NCBI GenBank assembly: GCA_946646575.1
Contig: CAMPCR010000001.1
Coordinates: 14,815 to 78,814, forward strand
Length of the DNA: 64,000 nt
Reading direction: 5' to 3'
DNA from: an uncultured Verrucomicrobiota bacterium
GTDB taxonomy: Bacteria; Verrucomicrobiota; Verrucomicrobiia; Opitutales; UBA9783
The translations under genes and the position numbers were made by a program. Under the pieces are notes generated by a model. The model made no database searches. It saw only the letters and a list, made by a program, of their open reading frames with translations, and had not been told where the DNA came from. Below are positions 62,111 to 64,000 of the stretch, piece by piece; position 1 is the stretch's first letter; each line of letters opens with the position of its first letter.

Positions 62111-62881
62111 CTAAAACTGATATGTCAGACCGATTTCGGCGGCGTGGCTCATGTTTTGTTTTACCTTCCAATCCCACCGGTAATTACCACCCCATTTCTT
62201 TGAACCATCGACATCTCCCGCCAAATACCGCAAACGGTAACCGGCAGTCAACGACCAATTTTCATTTAAACAAACACCTGCTCCCGCAAAAGCCTGCAAC
62301 AAGAACCGCCACTTGGCTTTGAAATCAATCTTTCCGGTTTGAGCTACACCGGCATCGTCAAACTTACAGTTAAATTCACCAAAATCCGAACGCGCCATAC
62401 CGGCACCGACACCGCCGTACAAAAATGCTCGTTCGCCGACATCCTTTTTCAACGTCACATTAGCGGCGGCAAAAAGATTTTTGCATTTCCCGTCTGCAAC
62501 GGCATAGCTATCGTTTAGCCAATTTATAATGGAGTGAGGAGCCGCATATTTTGCCCCCTCGTTAGCATCAAATTCATGTTTTGCTTTTCCCGTAAAATAT
62601 CCCAGTTCCAATCCGACCAATATGCGATCCTCATAAACTGAAACGCCGAATTCAGCAGAACCCGACCATGCTCTTTTAAGGCTTTCTTTACGATCGCCGT
62701 TAATTTTGTGAACACCGTCGATAAAACAATCGTTATACTTCGTCTTTCCTCCGAACAGCCATCCGCCGCGCAACGTCACGTACGGGTTCCACTCCCGCTC
62801 GTAATCAACGTCCGCTCTCGACGCCACGCCCGACGACAGCACCCCGACGATGCCTGCCGTAAAAAGAAACCTGCTTCTCAC
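62111..62881 (-). CDS. outer-membrane beta-barrel protein (OMP_b-brl-like), paralog 2
   Basis: 256 aa. The GTG start has GGAG 9 nt upstream. Intact signal peptide MRSRFLFTAGIVGVLSSGVASRA. Barrel strands end EIGLTYQF. It is clearly paralogous to 26193-26975 (PYVTLRGGWLFGGKTKYN is identical). Confidence 0.8.
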   Translation of the reverse strand: MRSRFLFTAGIVGVLSSGVASRADVDYEREWNPYVTLRGGWLFGGKTKYNDCFIDGVHKINGDRKESLKRAWSGSAEFGVSVYEDRILVGLELGYFTGKAKHEFDANEGAKYAAPHSIINWLNDSYAVADGKCKNLFAAANVTLKKDVGERAFLYGGVGAGMARSDFGEFNCKFDDAGVAQTGKIDFKAKWRFLLQAFAGAGVCLNENWSLTAGYRLRYLAGDVDGSKKWGGNYRWDWKVKQNMSHAAEIGLTYQF

Positions 62882-62894
62882 AACGACTGCTCCA

Positions 62895-62912
62895 GTGTAT
62901 GTATGTATGTGT
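62895..62912. repeat. tetranucleotide tract GT(GTAT)3GTGT
   Basis: Read directly as gtgtatgtatgtatgtgt, 14-31 nt upstream of the OMP paralog 2 start codon (on the other strand). Confidence 0.85.
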
Positions 62913-63085
62913 CAAGTGGGATTTTGAAAAATTTGAAGCAAAAAATCGCAAAAAAGAAATATATGCCGTATTTTGCCACGCTTTCGTATGCGTTTTTCGG
63001 GTGAAGGCAGAGCCGTTGTACCTCCAAAGTCATTGCCGTTGCATCGTGTCGGATGTCGCTTTCGGGTTGAGTATTTTTATGTTTT

Positions 63086-63457
63086 TCAACTCACCGCCGC
63101 CACCGCTACGGCGTAGGCTTTGCAATGCGACAAAGAAAGTTCGATGTTCGTACCGCCACATTGTTTTAAATAAAATGTGCCGTTGTCGTCCAAACAAACC
63201 CGCGGCATGCCGTTGGCGTCGTTGCGAACTTCAATCGATGTCCATTTGAGTTTCGAACCGAATAAACCGACGCCGAAGGCTTTCGAAACCGCTTCCTTTG
63301 CCGCAAAGCGCGCCGCGAACGACGGCCATGGGATTGGTTTTGACATGCAATACGTCCATTCGTGTTCGGTGAAAATCATTCCGCGCACACGATCGCCATG
63401 CCGTTCAACCAGGTGGCGGATGCGTTCGATTTCAACGATGTCGGTTCCGATGTGCAT
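63086..63457 (-). CDS. acpS: holo-[acyl-carrier-protein] synthase
   Basis: 123 aa. MHIGTDIVEIERI start and the FAAKEAVSKAFG motif. Confidence 0.9.
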   Translation of the reverse strand: MHIGTDIVEIERIRHLVERHGDRVRGMIFTEHEWTYCMSKPIPWPSFAARFAAKEAVSKAFGVGLFGSKLKWTSIEVRNDANGMPRVCLDDNGTFYLKQCGGTNIELSLSHCKAYAVAVAAVS

Positions 63458-63463
63458 TGTTAC

Positions 63464-64000
63464 TCATTCACATCTTATGCCGTTTGAGTTGCTGCCGAAG
63501 CAGTTTCCCCCGAACGTCTTCGGATAATATCCCGCCGCCGTCTGTTCCGTCAAAAATTTTTCGACCGCTTCCGTGTCGTTTGCATACGTCACTCCCAACC
63601 ATTGACCGCGGGGGTTGTTTAAAAGGTGTAGGTCTTTATGTTGCTGTTTCAGCACTGTTTGAACGGCGGTTGGCAGAAAAAATTCCTCGTTCTTCGGATC
63701 AGTTACGTTTTTTAGAAATTGTTCCCACAGTGCCTTTAACGGCGAAAGAATAGTTTTCGGAAGCACAAAAAAGTTCAGCGATGTCGGTTGTTTTGGATCA
63801 AGTGCGACAATGGCATCCGCCGTGTCTGCCGAACCCGCAGAGGACGTTTCGAGAACCTGCGACGAACAAACTTTGCGCTTCCCGACAATTTCGCTGCCCC
63901 GAATTCCACACGTATATTCATCCAATCGGAGCACATTGTTGTTTTCGACGGTGCATAATGCGCGCGAAACGCTTCCGTTCGGCGACAGCGTCGCTTCCAA
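63464..64000 (-). CDS. C-terminal part of a protein truncated by the window edge (possibly nucleotidyltransferase-like)
   Basis: The open frame runs to the window end, so the true N-terminus is outside. The C-terminal WLGVTYANDTEAVEKFLTEQTAAGYYP resembles tails of some sugar-phosphate nucleotidyltransferase-like proteins. This is weak. Confidence 0.3.
   Translation of the reverse strand: MEATLSPNGSVSRALCTVENNNVLRLDEYTCGIRGSEIVGKRKVCSSQVLETSSAGSADTADAIVALDPKQPTSLNFFVLPKTILSPLKALWEQFLKNVTDPKNEEFFLPTAVQTVLKQQHKDLHLLNNPRGQWLGVTYANDTEAVEKFLTEQTAAGYYPKTFGGNCFGSNSNGIRCE

Noticed and set aside
61594-62322. 242-aa plus-strand ORF bridging the dnaE start, the intergenic region and the OMP paralog 2 terminus.
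   Set aside because: It overlaps two well-supported minus-strand genes and crosses a strong bidirectional terminator (62061-62088). Its composition is Arg/Thr/Asn-rich with no motif.

Overview
All calls were made by eye from the sequence and ORF track, with no database search, so the family assignments are recognised motifs rather than scored hits.

**Organism.** The window comes from a diderm bacterium, shown by LpxK, a Pal-like OmpA lipoprotein and beta-barrel OMPs ending in Phe. Two prepilin-type proteins hint at a PVC-like lineage, but that is inference only.

**Positions 1-24490, minus strand.** This is one uninterrupted translation and transcription super-cluster:
- tRNA-Thr, tuf, tRNA-Trp, secE, nusG, rplKAJL
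- rpoB, rpoC, rpsL, rpsG, fusA
- the S10 and spc ribosomal-protein genes, ending at the first codons of secY

**Rest of the window.** Mostly housekeeping:
- hpf, a DAACS-type transporter, tRNA-Ser, tpiA-pgk
- holA-lpxK-pal-pyrG, trpS
- accB-accC-asp23-amaP-like
- an ECF sigma, anti-sigma and HtrA-like lipoprotein operon
- metK divergent from an MTA/SAH-nucleosidase-like gene
- an MBL hydrolase, dprA, rplU-rpmA, dnaE, acpS

**Stand-out locus (tRNA-Leu 50358-50443 to about 58009).**
- It begins with a degenerate array of ~21-bp repeats.
- A 6.07-kb gene (51135-57200) follows, encoding a Sec-exported protein.
- The protein has about 65 tandem ~20-aa Trp/Cys/His mini-repeats with zinc-knuckle-like CCHC or CCCH ligand spacing.
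- It ends in a ~620-aa Lys/Ser/Glu/Pro-rich tail.
- I recognise no characterised family with this architecture.

**Other points worth a second look.**
- Three genes (an OMP paralog, a pseudopilin and rplU) have an ATG and leader one nucleotide out of frame with the conserved body.
- Simple-sequence tracts, (TAGG)4-T9-G9 and (GTAT)3, lie upstream of the two OMP paralogs.
- The HtrA-like protein has all three catalytic residues substituted.

**Not found.** No rRNA, CRISPR array, transposase or integrase was seen.
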